Shown one piece after another: positions 38,587 through 48,220 of a stretch of DNA of 64,000 bases; within the stretch, counting starts at the first letter, position 1, and each line of letters starts with the position of its first letter. Origin of the DNA: Candidatus Saccharimonadales bacterium (GTDB lineage: Bacteria; Patescibacteriota; Saccharimonadia; QS-5-54-17); contig JBBDUI010000002.1 of the NCBI GenBank assembly GCA_040903985.1, forward strand, positions 104,204 to 168,203, given 5' to 3'. The position numbers and the translations under genes are program-made. The notes beneath the pieces were generated by a model, which made no database searches, was not told the DNA's origin, and saw nothing but the letters and a program-made list of their open reading frames with translations.

Positions 38587-39511
38587 TTCTTACCTCCTGT
38601 TTGTTTTTTGCTCCCGTTCGCCGGGGCGAATCGAGAGTGTGACCGTTTGTATTTTTAATCGCGACTCGTAGCTTAGCACTGCGAGCTCGCGGGTTGGAAA
38701 CATCTTCATTTTTCCCCTGTACCACCTTCTTATTGACCGGTGTCAGGGTCTGGCTCTCCCGGATAAAGTTCTTGACCAGTCGATCCTCTAGGCTATGAAA
38801 GCTGATGATACCGATCCGGCCACCGGGGGCAAGGAGTGATTCGATTCGTGGTAGGGCGCGAGCAAGCTGTCCCAATTCGTCGTTAACGGCGATACGCAAA
38901 GCCTGAAAGGTACGGGTCGCCGGATGAATCCGAGACTTGCCCCGATAGGCTCTTGCAACTATTTGAGCTAGCTGCTTAGTATCGCTTAATGGACGAGCTT
39001 GGACGATAGCACGAGCGATAGGCCGGGACTGACGTTCTTCACCGAACTGATAAATCAGATCGGCTAGATCCCGCTCCGTGAAGTGGTTGACGATCTGCTC
39101 GGCCGTAAAATCGGCCGTAGAGTCCATCCGCATATCCAACGGTGCGCTTACTTTAAAGCTAAAGCCACGATTCGAATTGTCAAGCTGCGGTGATGACACG
39201 CCTAGATCCGCCAAAATCACATCATACGGACCTGAGAGTTGAGCTAACGCTCCAGCGTAATCATCTTTGATGATACGGGCGCGCGAACCGAACGCCTGCT
39301 CTAATTGAGCTATGGCCTGCGGATCACGATCGACTAAAGTCATCTCCCCTGTCGAGCCAATAGCAGACGCGATAGCGCTAGCATGACCCCCGTAACCGGC
39401 CGTTATATCGAGATAACGTTCTCCCGGTCTTGGTACGAGAAGATCCAGCACTGCTTGAAGCAGGACCGGTTCGTGAAAATTAGATTGGTGGTTTTGGTTT
39501 TTGTTTTGCAT
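38576..39511 (-). CDS. rsmH: 16S rRNA m4C1402 methyltransferase RsmH
   Basis: HEPVLL, GYGGH, DLGVSSPQLD, PLDMRM, FQALRIAVN, FHSLEDR, NPRARSAKLR. Confidence 0.97.
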   Translation of the reverse strand: MQNKNQNHQSNFHEPVLLQAVLDLLVPRPGERYLDITAGYGGHASAIASAIGSTGEMTLVDRDPQAIAQLEQAFGSRARIIKDDYAGALAQLSGPYDVILADLGVSSPQLDNSNRGFSFKVSAPLDMRMDSTADFTAEQIVNHFTERDLADLIYQFGEERQSRPIARAIVQARPLSDTKQLAQIVARAYRGKSRIHPATRTFQALRIAVNDELGQLARALPRIESLLAPGGRIGIISFHSLEDRLVKNFIRESQTLTPVNKKVVQGKNEDVSNPRARSAKLRVAIKNTNGHTLDSPRRTGAKNKQEVRNGH

Positions 39512-39512
39512 G

Positions 39513-39800
39513 TCAAGATCACCTAAGTAGCAGTCAGCTTTTTATGTTTGTGGTGTTTTTGTTTTAGTTGAACCCCGTCCGAGCCCGAAGGCTACTGGAG
39601 GGTTGCTATATCCCGCCGAAGCGGGAGTTGTGGTAAGGAATTAGAATAATTCCTTAAAAAAGAGAGACGTGTGAGGTGGAGTTGTTGTTTTGGAGATTTG
39701 AGGTGCGAGGGTTTTTTATCAGGTGTTATACCCTAAAACCACCCGCTGACTGCCACATAGCTGATCTCGAGCTTGTTTTTGTTTTTGTTTTTTAAAGGTG
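39513..39800 (-). ncRNA. Candidate structured RNA in the mraZ-rsmH spacer
   Basis: 26-nt long-range inverted repeat (39513-39538 / 39745-39770) enclosing two UUCG hairpins and C/A-rich single strands. Confidence 0.6.
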
Positions 39801-39822
39801 CCAATCAGAGTTTGATTACTAC

Positions 39823-40185
39823 TTAAGGGGCGCTTACTCGCCAGTATTTACCGATCCGGACGGCTACAACTGTCTTAGTGATGCCGGCGTAATCGAGCAA
39901 GCTTTGATCTATGGTGATACGGCCTTGCTTCTGGTCAAGGCTAGCCGACTGCTTTCCGGTTCGAAACCGAACATTCAAGTCTGCTATACGCTCATCCAGA
40001 ATGTCACCAGCTAATGCCGGTTCCATATCCGCTTCCCATACATTCGAACTATAAAGGTGCAAGTAGTTGCCAAATCCTCGGGTGATGACTACACCGCCAC
40101 CAGCGAACTCTGCCCTGACATCGGTCGGTATGGTTAACCGATTCTTGTCATCCAGCTTGCGTTCGAAGTAGTCGAGTCGTGTCAT
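39823..40185 (-). CDS. mraZ: MraZ transcriptional regulator
   Basis: LDDKNRLTIP and LDQKQGRITI AbrB-like repeats at the head of the dcw cluster. Confidence 0.93.
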   Translation of the reverse strand: MTRLDYFERKLDDKNRLTIPTDVRAEFAGGGVVITRGFGNYLHLYSSNVWEADMEPALAGDILDERIADLNVRFRTGKQSASLDQKQGRITIDQSLLDYAGITKTVVAVRIGKYWRVSAP

Positions 40186-40219
40186 ATTATTAATTCCCTT
40201 GGATTGCTTGGTGGGGCTT

Positions 40220-40238
40220 ACCCACTGCTACCCACTAC
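40220..40238 (-). promoter_or_regulatory. MraZ-binding GTGGG repeats
   Basis: AGTGGGTAGC-AGTGGGTAAG, 10-nt period, upstream of mraZ. Confidence 0.7.
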
Positions 40239-40449
40239 AACTAATATATAACGATTCAATACCCACGTCTAGGTAATATAGGGCGAATTTTTACCGAACA
40301 TAAGCCTAAATAGCCCAGGTTAAGCCATATAGCGCCTTGGCACCAGAAAGACCCGCTATATATGAGGACCCTTGGAGCGCTCTAGGTAGGAGCTGCCTCC
40401 ACCTAGACGACATATCGACATCGATAGCAGCTTAGTGTCGCGTAAACGG

Positions 40450-41025
40450 CTAAGAACGACCCTTACCACCGCGGGTTTGCCGGCGCATCTGTTGACCGTA
40501 CTGTACTCGTTTCCGAATATCGTTCATATAAGTGACGTGCTTGCTGTCAAACTCTTCCATCCGGTCGAACAGTGAAGAGTATTTATCCTTGTTCGGGATG
40601 ACGATCTGCTTCAGTTTCTTCGCACTGACTAAGTGCCGGATCAGCCCGGCGAAGTCACCATCACCGGTTATAATGACCGCTTGGTCGTAGTTGTTAATAT
40701 CGATCATGACCTGCAGCACCATCTCGGCGTCGACATTACCTTTGATCTCACTATCACCGTGGCGAATTAAGGGTTTAAATACCAAGATAAAGCCGGCCTC
40801 TTGCAGGGCATTATACAGCGGCTGCTGCTCCTCCATGAAGCCGACAAACATATAAGCGCGCGTGACGTCGAAATCGCTCTCCAGTAGATCACGAAACTTC
40901 TTATAATCGAGCTTCCAGCCTAGGGATTGCACACCCATATTGAGGTTCTGACCGTCAATGAAGGCGTAGTTATTGGCTTTAGTGTTATTTTTGTTATCTG
41001 GTTGGTTGGACTGGGGTTGGGTCAT
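40450..41025 (-). CDS. NYN/LabA (PIN-like) domain protein
   Basis: FIDGQNL, KGNVDAEM, TGDGDF. Confidence 0.9.
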   Translation of the reverse strand: MTQPQSNQPDNKNNTKANNYAFIDGQNLNMGVQSLGWKLDYKKFRDLLESDFDVTRAYMFVGFMEEQQPLYNALQEAGFILVFKPLIRHGDSEIKGNVDAEMVLQVMIDINNYDQAVIITGDGDFAGLIRHLVSAKKLKQIVIPNKDKYSSLFDRMEEFDSKHVTYMNDIRKRVQYGQQMRRQTRGGKGRS

Positions 41026-41065
41026 AAGAAATCCTTAAGTTTTAAAATTATATAAATTGATCTAG

Positions 41066-42496
41066 CTAGGGAGTTAGCTCAGCAACTAGATCCGAGATCG
41101 AGATCCGACGCTGTTCCATTGTATCTCGGTCCCGAACCGTCACGGTGTCATCCTCCAGGGTATCAAAGTCGACCGTAACACACTGTGGAGTACCGATCTC
41201 ATCCTGCTTGCGGTAGCGCTTGCCGATGTTACCACCATCATCCCACATCACGGCACCAAACTCTTGCCGCAATTGCCGATAGACACTCCGAGCCTTCTCT
41301 ACCAGTTCCTGCTTGTTTTTAAGCAACGGGAAAACGGCAATCTTAACCGGAGCTAGGTGCTTCGGTAGCTTAAGTACCGTACGTTGCTCGCCGTTAACCT
41401 CCTCTTCAGTATAGGCACTGGTTAGTATAGCCATCAGCATCCGCTCCATCCCAAAGCTTGGCTCTATCACATGAGGAATAAGCTTTTCATTGGTGCCTTT
41501 CACGGTATACTCCATGCCCTTACCGCTCACCCGCTGGATGTTCCCTAGATCGAAATCAGTCCTATAAGCTAGACCTAGTAGTTCATCCCGGCGGTGCGGG
41601 AAGTCAAACTCGAAGTCGATAGTACGTTTCGAATAGTGTGCCCGGTCGTCTTCTGGCACTTCTAGCTCATGGACTGCACTCGGATCTAGTCCTAAATTAG
41701 TCAAAAAGGCATGGATATCGCTGCGCCACTGCTCAAACGCCTCTTCCCAGGCATCGGGATGCACAAAGTACTCGACCTCCATCTGCTCAAACTCTCGAGA
41801 GCGGAAAACGAAGTCTCGCGGGCTGATCTCATTGCGAAAGGCCTTGCCGATCTGAGCGATACCGAACGGCAGATCAGGATAAAAGCTGTCGACAACATTC
41901 TTATAATTAGTGAAGATACCTTGGGCCGTTTCAGGACGGAGGTAGGTAACCGAATTCTTGTTATAAAGTAGAGCACTATCTACATCTGATAACTCGGGTG
42001 TTTTGACGGGTAATTCATCTCCGTTCTTATCTCTAAAGATGAGATCTGCTTCGAGTGTATTATACTCCTCTGCCTCTACTGAGGCCGATAAAGGACCTAT
42101 AGTAGTTTTAAACATCATATTAAATTGACGAGTACCACCAAAAGTGCCGTTCTCACCGCAACTAGGGCACACGTCCCCTTCCAAATGATCGGCCCGAAAT
42201 CGACCTTTACAGTTACTGCACTCCACTAGTGGATCGGTAAATGTCTCGACATGCCCGCTCGCCTGCCAGACTCTCTGGTTCATCAGAATCGCCGCATCAA
42301 CACCGTACATATCATCCCGATCATCGACGAAAGTCTTCCACCACAGGTTTTGGATATTACGTTTTAAGGCCACACCCAAGGGCCCGTAATCCCAAGTTCC
42401 GGCTAGACCACCGTAGACCTCACTTCCCTGATAGACGAAACCCCGTCGTTTAGCTAGGCTAACGATCGCTTCTAGTTTTACTTCTTTGTTACTCAT
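41066..42496 (-). CDS. glyS: Glycine-tRNA ligase, homodimeric (alpha2) type
   Basis: YLRPETAQG, FRNEISPR, REFEQME, AHYS, VIEPSFG, IGKRYRKQDEIGTP. Confidence 0.97.
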   Translation of the reverse strand: MSNKEVKLEAIVSLAKRRGFVYQGSEVYGGLAGTWDYGPLGVALKRNIQNLWWKTFVDDRDDMYGVDAAILMNQRVWQASGHVETFTDPLVECSNCKGRFRADHLEGDVCPSCGENGTFGGTRQFNMMFKTTIGPLSASVEAEEYNTLEADLIFRDKNGDELPVKTPELSDVDSALLYNKNSVTYLRPETAQGIFTNYKNVVDSFYPDLPFGIAQIGKAFRNEISPRDFVFRSREFEQMEVEYFVHPDAWEEAFEQWRSDIHAFLTNLGLDPSAVHELEVPEDDRAHYSKRTIDFEFDFPHRRDELLGLAYRTDFDLGNIQRVSGKGMEYTVKGTNEKLIPHVIEPSFGMERMLMAILTSAYTEEEVNGEQRTVLKLPKHLAPVKIAVFPLLKNKQELVEKARSVYRQLRQEFGAVMWDDGGNIGKRYRKQDEIGTPQCVTVDFDTLEDDTVTVRDRDTMEQRRISISDLVAELTP

Positions 42497-42530
42497 TAGC
42501 TGCTAGTATAACCAATTATAGGGGTAATCA

Positions 42531-43220
42531 TCAAATTTCAGCCGAATTAAAGCGAATTCCGAACTGCTGTCGAATAAACTGGTCTAAGACCGGTAAGGTA
42601 GCCATCGCTAGCACCTCTGCACCCTGAATCCGGGCCAAATCACCCAGTGGGCGCATCAGACTCAACCGCCACAGCTTGATAGCATCTTGGGTTAAGGGTG
42701 CCGCCAGAGGGTTATCGGCCGCACTCAGTACACCCTGCTCAATATCAAGTCCCAGACTTTCCGGCAGCGGTTCCGGCCGACTTAAATCAGGTGCCTGACC
42801 CAGCGCATCTAATAACTGCAGCTTAAAGCCCAGCTCACAGATGCTGACCGGGAGTTGAGATAATTGAGCAATCGCTGAGCCTAATACGGCATATACCGCC
42901 TCCGTACCTTCCGTGTCACTCAGCCGATCAACCATCTCTAAAAACAAAAAACCCCGGCGTAGACGTTCGTAGTCTTCCGCTATCGAGTAAGCTGCCAGCG
43001 TGCGGGCCGAGGTAACGATATCGAGACTCTTACCTGGGATTAGCATCAGCTCGATCTCATGAAATAGCTCTAAGTGACTGGCTAGCTTAGCGGTCCGGCG
43101 GCGAATGCCCTTAGCGATTGCCGACACCTTACGCTCCGGGGTTAAAATCGTGTAGATGCGATCGGCCTCTCCGTAATCATGTCGTCGTAAGATTATACCG
43201 GTCGCCTTATAAGTGCTCAC
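42531..43220 (-). CDS. recO: DNA repair protein RecO
   Basis: GIILRRHDYGEADRI, AIAKGIR; probable GTG start at 43220. Confidence 0.9.
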   Translation of the reverse strand: MSTYKATGIILRRHDYGEADRIYTILTPERKVSAIAKGIRRRTAKLASHLELFHEIELMLIPGKSLDIVTSARTLAAYSIAEDYERLRRGFLFLEMVDRLSDTEGTEAVYAVLGSAIAQLSQLPVSICELGFKLQLLDALGQAPDLSRPEPLPESLGLDIEQGVLSAADNPLAAPLTQDAIKLWRLSLMRPLGDLARIQGAEVLAMATLPVLDQFIRQQFGIRFNSAEI

Positions 43221-43233
43221 GCCTGGTCCGGCC

Positions 43234-43602
43234 TCATGCAAACGCACCGACGGCGGCTGCCAGATCCTGCGGGGTAGTCTCCATCTTGATTAGGTATTGA
43301 GCTACACCCAAATCCTGCAGACTGCGCGGTGTCACTTCGAGGTCATCCGGTGTCATATTGCTAAGCACGATGACCGGAATGTGGCGCCAATCGCGATAAC
43401 TCCGCAGCTCCTGTAGGACCGCGATACCGTTACTCCCGGGCAACAACATATCGAGCACGATAATATCGAACTCGTAATCGTCGAGTACATCCAGCGCTTC
43501 TTGGGCCGTGCGCGCGTGGGTAACATCGTTCTCCTCTAGTAGCAGCTGGGTGGCATACATTGTGCCGACATCGATATCGTCTTCTACAAACAGTACGCGC
43601 AT
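43234..43602 (-). CDS. Single-domain response regulator
   Basis: VEDD, LDMLLP, LSN, YLIK. Confidence 0.9.
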   Translation of the reverse strand: MRVLFVEDDIDVGTMYATQLLLEENDVTHARTAQEALDVLDDYEFDIIVLDMLLPGSNGIAVLQELRSYRDWRHIPVIVLSNMTPDDLEVTPRSLQDLGVAQYLIKMETTPQDLAAAVGAFA

Positions 43603-43614
43603 CAGGGCTACTCC

Positions 43615-44328
43615 TTATTCAAATAAACTAAGCTGATTACTAATCGGCAGGCAAATGGTCAACTGTGATCCTTGAGAAAGTGAAGAGACCTGAAGACTAC
43701 CGCCATAAAATTCTACAATGGATTTAGCGATATATAAACTTAAACCAGATGAGTCACTGTGAGCCCGGATCGGCTGACGACGTTTGCCAAACGACTCTAG
43801 GATGGATTTCGCTTCTTTGCTTGAGATGCCAGCTCCATGATCACGTAACTGGATAACGGCCTCCTTATTCCGACGTTTAGTCTTTATCTCAATGGCGCTA
43901 CCACTGGGAGCATATCTAATTGCCGCACTGACTAGGTGCATCAATAACTGATAGATACTGATCGGATCGGCCAGGACTGGCGGCAGGCGTTTAGGCCGGT
44001 ATTTAATTACGATCTCTCGTTCAGCGGCCTTCTCTGCCATCGCCCCAATAGCGGCTTGAAGCTCGGTCTGCAGTTGGACCGGCTGCAGACGCTGCGTATG
44101 AGGCAGGTTTTCTACATGAAGTAAGCTGTCGATTATAAAACCTAATCGCTCGGAGGCGCTGGAGATATGGCGAATCTGTTCTCGCTGCTTGAAATTAAGC
44201 TCACCAAAGGTCTCTGACTCCAGCATCGCACTCATTCCGTGAATCAATGTCAGCGGTGTTTTCAGCTCATGTACGGTAGCTGCAATTAGTCCTAACTCCG
44301 TCTGGTGTGTGCTCGGTTTACTCCCCAT
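43615..44328 (-). CDS. Soluble sensor-less histidine kinase with degenerate ATPase boxes
   Basis: VHELKTPL; N-box HLVSAAIRY, DHGAGI, SSGLSLYI. Confidence 0.85.
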   Translation of the reverse strand: MGSKPSTHQTELGLIAATVHELKTPLTLIHGMSAMLESETFGELNFKQREQIRHISSASERLGFIIDSLLHVENLPHTQRLQPVQLQTELQAAIGAMAEKAAEREIVIKYRPKRLPPVLADPISIYQLLMHLVSAAIRYAPSGSAIEIKTKRRNKEAVIQLRDHGAGISSKEAKSILESFGKRRQPIRAHSDSSGLSLYIAKSIVEFYGGSLQVSSLSQGSQLTICLPISNQLSLFE

Positions 44329-44361
44329 TACCCTACATTTTACTCCCCATTACCCTACATT
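44318..44361. repeat. Perfect 22-bp tandem duplication spanning the kinase start codon
   Basis: ttactccccattaccctacatt x2. Confidence 0.9.
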
Positions 44362-44404
44362 GTAGTCCTGCGCCCTCTTAGCTGCAATCAAGTCTACCTT
44401 GGGG

Positions 44405-45049
44405 CTAACGACTGATCTGGGCGCGATCTAACATATCATTGAACTCGGCCACGTAGTTGCCACCCTCGGTCCAGAGTAGAATCGTCTTGTCCCGATACGG
44501 TAGAACTACGGCAGTGCCAGTCTGCTCGCCGCTGATTTGCCCGCTCAGTCTGACCCCATCGATATCAGCTACCGTAACGGCCCGTGAGCTCAGTTCACCT
44601 TGTTCGATACTACTCTGGTAATCCTCTACCACCTCGGAATAGAGCTCGTCTCGGAGCTGCAGGCGGAAGGCGTAAGGCGCGTCCACATTACGCTGAAGCC
44701 GAACGATTTGCGGATGAATATAGAGATCGATCTGCTCACGAGCCGCTGTACTGTCTTCAACATAAACACTCCAGTTCTTGGGAAAATCAATACTGATGCC
44801 ACCGTAGATATCGGGAGCGGTATAGGTACGATACGGTGAACGTCGTTCGATCTCAAACTCAGCTTCGGCTAGCTCTTGCTGGTCGGCCCGGGCAGTCTCT
44901 ACCGCCGCCTTAACCTGATCATCGACCGTCGTTCGTTCCAGATAATACTTATATAAAGCCCAGGTCGAGAGGACTAGCAAGGTCACACTCATAAAAGCCA
45001 GAGTCCAGATCACAACATTGGTAGTATTGCCTTTTTGGTTTAGTAACAT
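44405..45049 (-). CDS. Membrane-anchored exported protein (TM, coiled coil, PsbP-like region)
   Basis: NQKG then TM; SPYRTY, FPKNWSVY. Confidence 0.75.
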   Translation of the reverse strand: MLLNQKGNTTNVVIWTLAFMSVTLLVLSTWALYKYYLERTTVDDQVKAAVETARADQQELAEAEFEIERRSPYRTYTAPDIYGGISIDFPKNWSVYVEDSTAAREQIDLYIHPQIVRLQRNVDAPYAFRLQLRDELYSEVVEDYQSSIEQGELSSRAVTVADIDGVRLSGQISGEQTGTAVVLPYRDKTILLWTEGGNYVAEFNDMLDRAQISR

Positions 45050-45093
45050 GATCTCATCATAGCGCATGCGCTTACTCAAGCGCAATTTCAAAT

Positions 45094-45570
45094 CTAGAAT
45101 TTATATAGATAAAGTCCCTTATCCTCTGCTACCGCCGCCTGAAGCGGCAGAGTAAAGATATAGCTCACTACTTTGTTTCCAGGTACAAGCTCACGCACAA
45201 GCTTACGCTCCAGTTTAGCCATAAAGTGGTCGATTAGAAATACATAAACTCCATCACACGGTGGCAAGGGCCGCAGCCAATAATCGCCTAAAACTACCTT
45301 GACTCGCTGGTGGTAAGGTCGCGTTCGCACGTAAGCCACCAACCAAAGTAGCGGATTAATCTCATACCCCACGGTCTGCAGCTCTGCGCGAGCGGCCGCT
45401 AGAAGCAACTCCCCGCTACCACAACCTAAATCGACCAGAGTCTGGCCCGGTTTTAAATCGAGTAGCTCCAACGCCCGTTTTGCATCCCGGCTGCGAGTCG
45501 GTAGCCAGGGTGCACCCCGAAGAATCGAAAGAGTAAAGGCAGCTACAACGAAGCCTAAGAACCAACCCAC
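45094..45570 (-). CDS. Membrane-anchored class I SAM methyltransferase
   Basis: GAPWLPT, VDLGCGSG, GYEINP. Confidence 0.88.
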   Translation of the reverse strand: MGWFLGFVVAAFTLSILRGAPWLPTRSRDAKRALELLDLKPGQTLVDLGCGSGELLLAAARAELQTVGYEINPLLWLVAYVRTRPYHQRVKVVLGDYWLRPLPPCDGVYVFLIDHFMAKLERKLVRELVPGNKVVSYIFTLPLQAAVAEDKGLYLYKF

Positions 45571-45572
45571 TA

Positions 45573-45827
45573 TTAAGCTAACGTTGAGGTTTCGGTCGCG
45601 GTGTCGCTCTCGGTCGATTCTGTTGTGACCGCCTCGAACTTACGCTTAATCTCGATCACTCTATTCTCTACTTGATCAAGCTGTTTTTTTAATTCAGCCG
45701 CTAAGGCCAAACCGGTTTCAAACCGTTCTAACGCCTGATCGAAATCGACTTCGCTCGACTCGAACCATTCCACGATCGCTTCTAATTCGTCTAGCTTCTG
45801 TTTAAAATTTTTAGGTGTTTTCGACAT
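45573..45827 (-). CDS. xseB: Exodeoxyribonuclease VII small subunit
   Basis: FKQKLDELEAIV...ALERFETGL; coupled to xseA. Confidence 0.92.
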   Translation of the reverse strand: MSKTPKNFKQKLDELEAIVEWFESSEVDFDQALERFETGLALAAELKKQLDQVENRVIEIKRKFEAVTTESTESDTATETSTLA

Positions 45828-47055
45828 GTTTTACCTCTGTATTTATCCGACCTTGATGTAATTGTATCACGAGAGAATCACCGACGCTGACTTGACCAAT
45901 AGAAGTAATCAGATCGGTGTCGTGGCGCACTAATGCATATCCCCGCTTCAGCGCCGCTCGCGGGTCGAAACTCTGCAAGGTACGCAGTAGTGCCAATCGC
46001 AGCTGACGTTGCTGCTCTAACTGACGTTGGTAGTTAGCACTCAGCTCCGAGCTATAACGCAAGGTCTCCTCTCGTTTAGTACGTATACTCGCCTGATAGT
46101 TGTCGACTGCTCGACCCATGCGACTAAATACCTGCTCCACTTTCGCCTGTGGCAAAGTGGCCATCTGCTCCAGCCCCTTTAGGGCGCGCTGCAACTGGTG
46201 GGCAGTCTGCCCCAGCAACAACTGCTGATGCTGCTCCAGCTGTTGCTGGGCACGCTTAATCTGGGCTCGTACTTCCTCTCGGTCCGGCACTACTAGCCTT
46301 GCTGCATCGGTCGGGGTGGCTGCCCTAACGTCAGCCGCTAAATCAGCTAGCGAAGTATCAACCTCGTGTCCAACACCGACTACAATTGGCGTCCGGCTAC
46401 CAGCCACAGCTCGAGCCACCGACTCAGTATTAAAAGCAGCCAAGTCCTCTAAGCTACCACCACCCCGAGTTAAGACGAGAGTATCAACCGGTTCAGGTAG
46501 TTGATTGAAGTGATCGATAGCGGCCACAATCTGAGCCGGAGCGGCGGCACCCTGGACCTGAACATGCAGGGCCGTAACTTCCACCCCAACCCAACGATCA
46601 CGGAGGATGGTCAAAAAGTCCTGATAAGCGGCCGATTCTAGAGAGCTAATCAGGCCGATCGAGTTCGGATACACCGGCAACTCACGCTTTCGTTCGGCCG
46701 CAAACAGACCCTCGCTCTCTAGCTTCTGTCGCAGCAATTCAAAAGCTCGCTTGATGGCACCGGCGCCGGCCAACTCAAGACTGACAACGCTGATGCTCAG
46801 TCTACCCTTTTGCGTCACCTTAGGATTGGCGATAACCCGCACTTGCATGCCATCTTCTAGCGGCGTATCCATACGGCCCACCGGCAACATACAGTTGATG
46901 ATCGCAGTGTCATCTTTAAGATCGAAAAAAGCTAACCGTCCATTCCACACCTTAAAACCAGCTATCTCCCCTTCGATCTGTACTGACGGAAAGGTAAACT
47001 CGAGCGTCTCATTGAGAATCTCGACAAACTGGCTAACACTAAGCGTGTGCTGCAT
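45811..47055 (-). CDS. xseA: Exodeoxyribonuclease VII large subunit
   Basis: LSVSQF, VQG, RGGGSLEDL, GVGHEVD, AATPTDAA, LKRGYA. Confidence 0.96.
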   Translation of the reverse strand: MQHTLSVSQFVEILNETLEFTFPSVQIEGEIAGFKVWNGRLAFFDLKDDTAIINCMLPVGRMDTPLEDGMQVRVIANPKVTQKGRLSISVVSLELAGAGAIKRAFELLRQKLESEGLFAAERKRELPVYPNSIGLISSLESAAYQDFLTILRDRWVGVEVTALHVQVQGAAAPAQIVAAIDHFNQLPEPVDTLVLTRGGGSLEDLAAFNTESVARAVAGSRTPIVVGVGHEVDTSLADLAADVRAATPTDAARLVVPDREEVRAQIKRAQQQLEQHQQLLLGQTAHQLQRALKGLEQMATLPQAKVEQVFSRMGRAVDNYQASIRTKREETLRYSSELSANYQRQLEQQRQLRLALLRTLQSFDPRAALKRGYALVRHDTDLITSIGQVSVGDSLVIQLHQGRINTEVKHVENT

Positions 47056-48064
47056 CGGTCGCCTGTTTAATGTAACGGTTATAAAAATAGAATCCAGCTG
47101 GGATGAGGAGAGCCTTAGTAGTAACACGGTAGAGTAAGGTGGCGGAGACGCTGATAGCTAGGGGCACACCGACCAGACTCAACACCGACACCATAGTCAA
47201 CTCATAAACACCGACATCACCCGGAATGATCGAGATTATGCCAGCTATATTAGCTACAGCGTAAGCGACGATGACGATACCCGGATTTAAGGTAAAGCCG
47301 AGAGCGATGAAGACAAGGTAGAACATCGTAACCTCACAGAGGTTACCTACCAGTGCCCACCAAAACGGTTGTCGCAGGTAGGCACGGCTCTGAACTACCT
47401 GATGTACACCGGCGTGGAACTCTTCTAATAAGCGGGCTATACGAGCAGTACCAATCAAATCTCGACCACGTCGGAATCGGCGAGCTAGTAGATCGATCAC
47501 TCGCTGCAAAAAGTGCGCCAGCCAGTCGAGACCACGGCGATCATAAATCACGTAACCGGCTGCCAGGCTAAACACTACTACTACCGAGATAATCAACACC
47601 ACGATTCGAATAGCGATACGGGCGATATCATGCCCAAAATAGAGTGCCCCTAGAGCTAACAGCAGCAAAAATATAAAGGTGATATAAATAGCGGCATAAT
47701 GAGCGATTTGGATGAAGGTAGTCTGACCAGCCGTAATTTTGTTTCGCTTCAGTGAGGCGGCCATGAGTGAAATACCCGAAGCACCGGCCGATGGCAAAAT
47801 AATGTTAGTAAAAGCCACCCCAAGTGATAAACCGTACAGCCGACCAACTTGCGGAGATGGGATGTCTATCACTTCCAGGGCCTTCTTATAAAACATAGCC
47901 CGGGAGAGAAAACTTACCATCTGGATCGGGATAATTAGTAGTAAGTATTGCCACTTTACTGACTTGATTAAGTGACCTGCCTGCTCCAGATCGCCCCAAA
48001 AGACATAAAGAAAGATGGTCAGCCCGGCTAGTCCGATTAAAGTTAAAATCTGTCTGGCTGACAT
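47039..48064 (-). CDS. Lysylphosphatidylglycerol synthase TM (UPF0104, flippase-like) protein
   Basis: Multi-TM, NIILPS, IPGDVGVYE, LLYR. Confidence 0.85.
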   Translation of the reverse strand: MSARQILTLIGLAGLTIFLYVFWGDLEQAGHLIKSVKWQYLLLIIPIQMVSFLSRAMFYKKALEVIDIPSPQVGRLYGLSLGVAFTNIILPSAGASGISLMAASLKRNKITAGQTTFIQIAHYAAIYITFIFLLLLALGALYFGHDIARIAIRIVVLIISVVVVFSLAAGYVIYDRRGLDWLAHFLQRVIDLLARRFRRGRDLIGTARIARLLEEFHAGVHQVVQSRAYLRQPFWWALVGNLCEVTMFYLVFIALGFTLNPGIVIVAYAVANIAGIISIIPGDVGVYELTMVSVLSLVGVPLAISVSATLLYRVTTKALLIPAGFYFYNRYIKQATDAAHA

Positions 48065-48220
48065 ATCTGGCGCTTCTCCTTCAGTAAGTAATCCACTGGC
48101 TCGCCCGTCTATTATATATGGTTCAAACTGGAAATGTTAACCATGCCCAGATTAGATCGTGGTTAAGGCCTAGGCCGCAGCCCCTTACCGGTCTGAGTCT
48201 AGCCCTGTACAATGCATACT

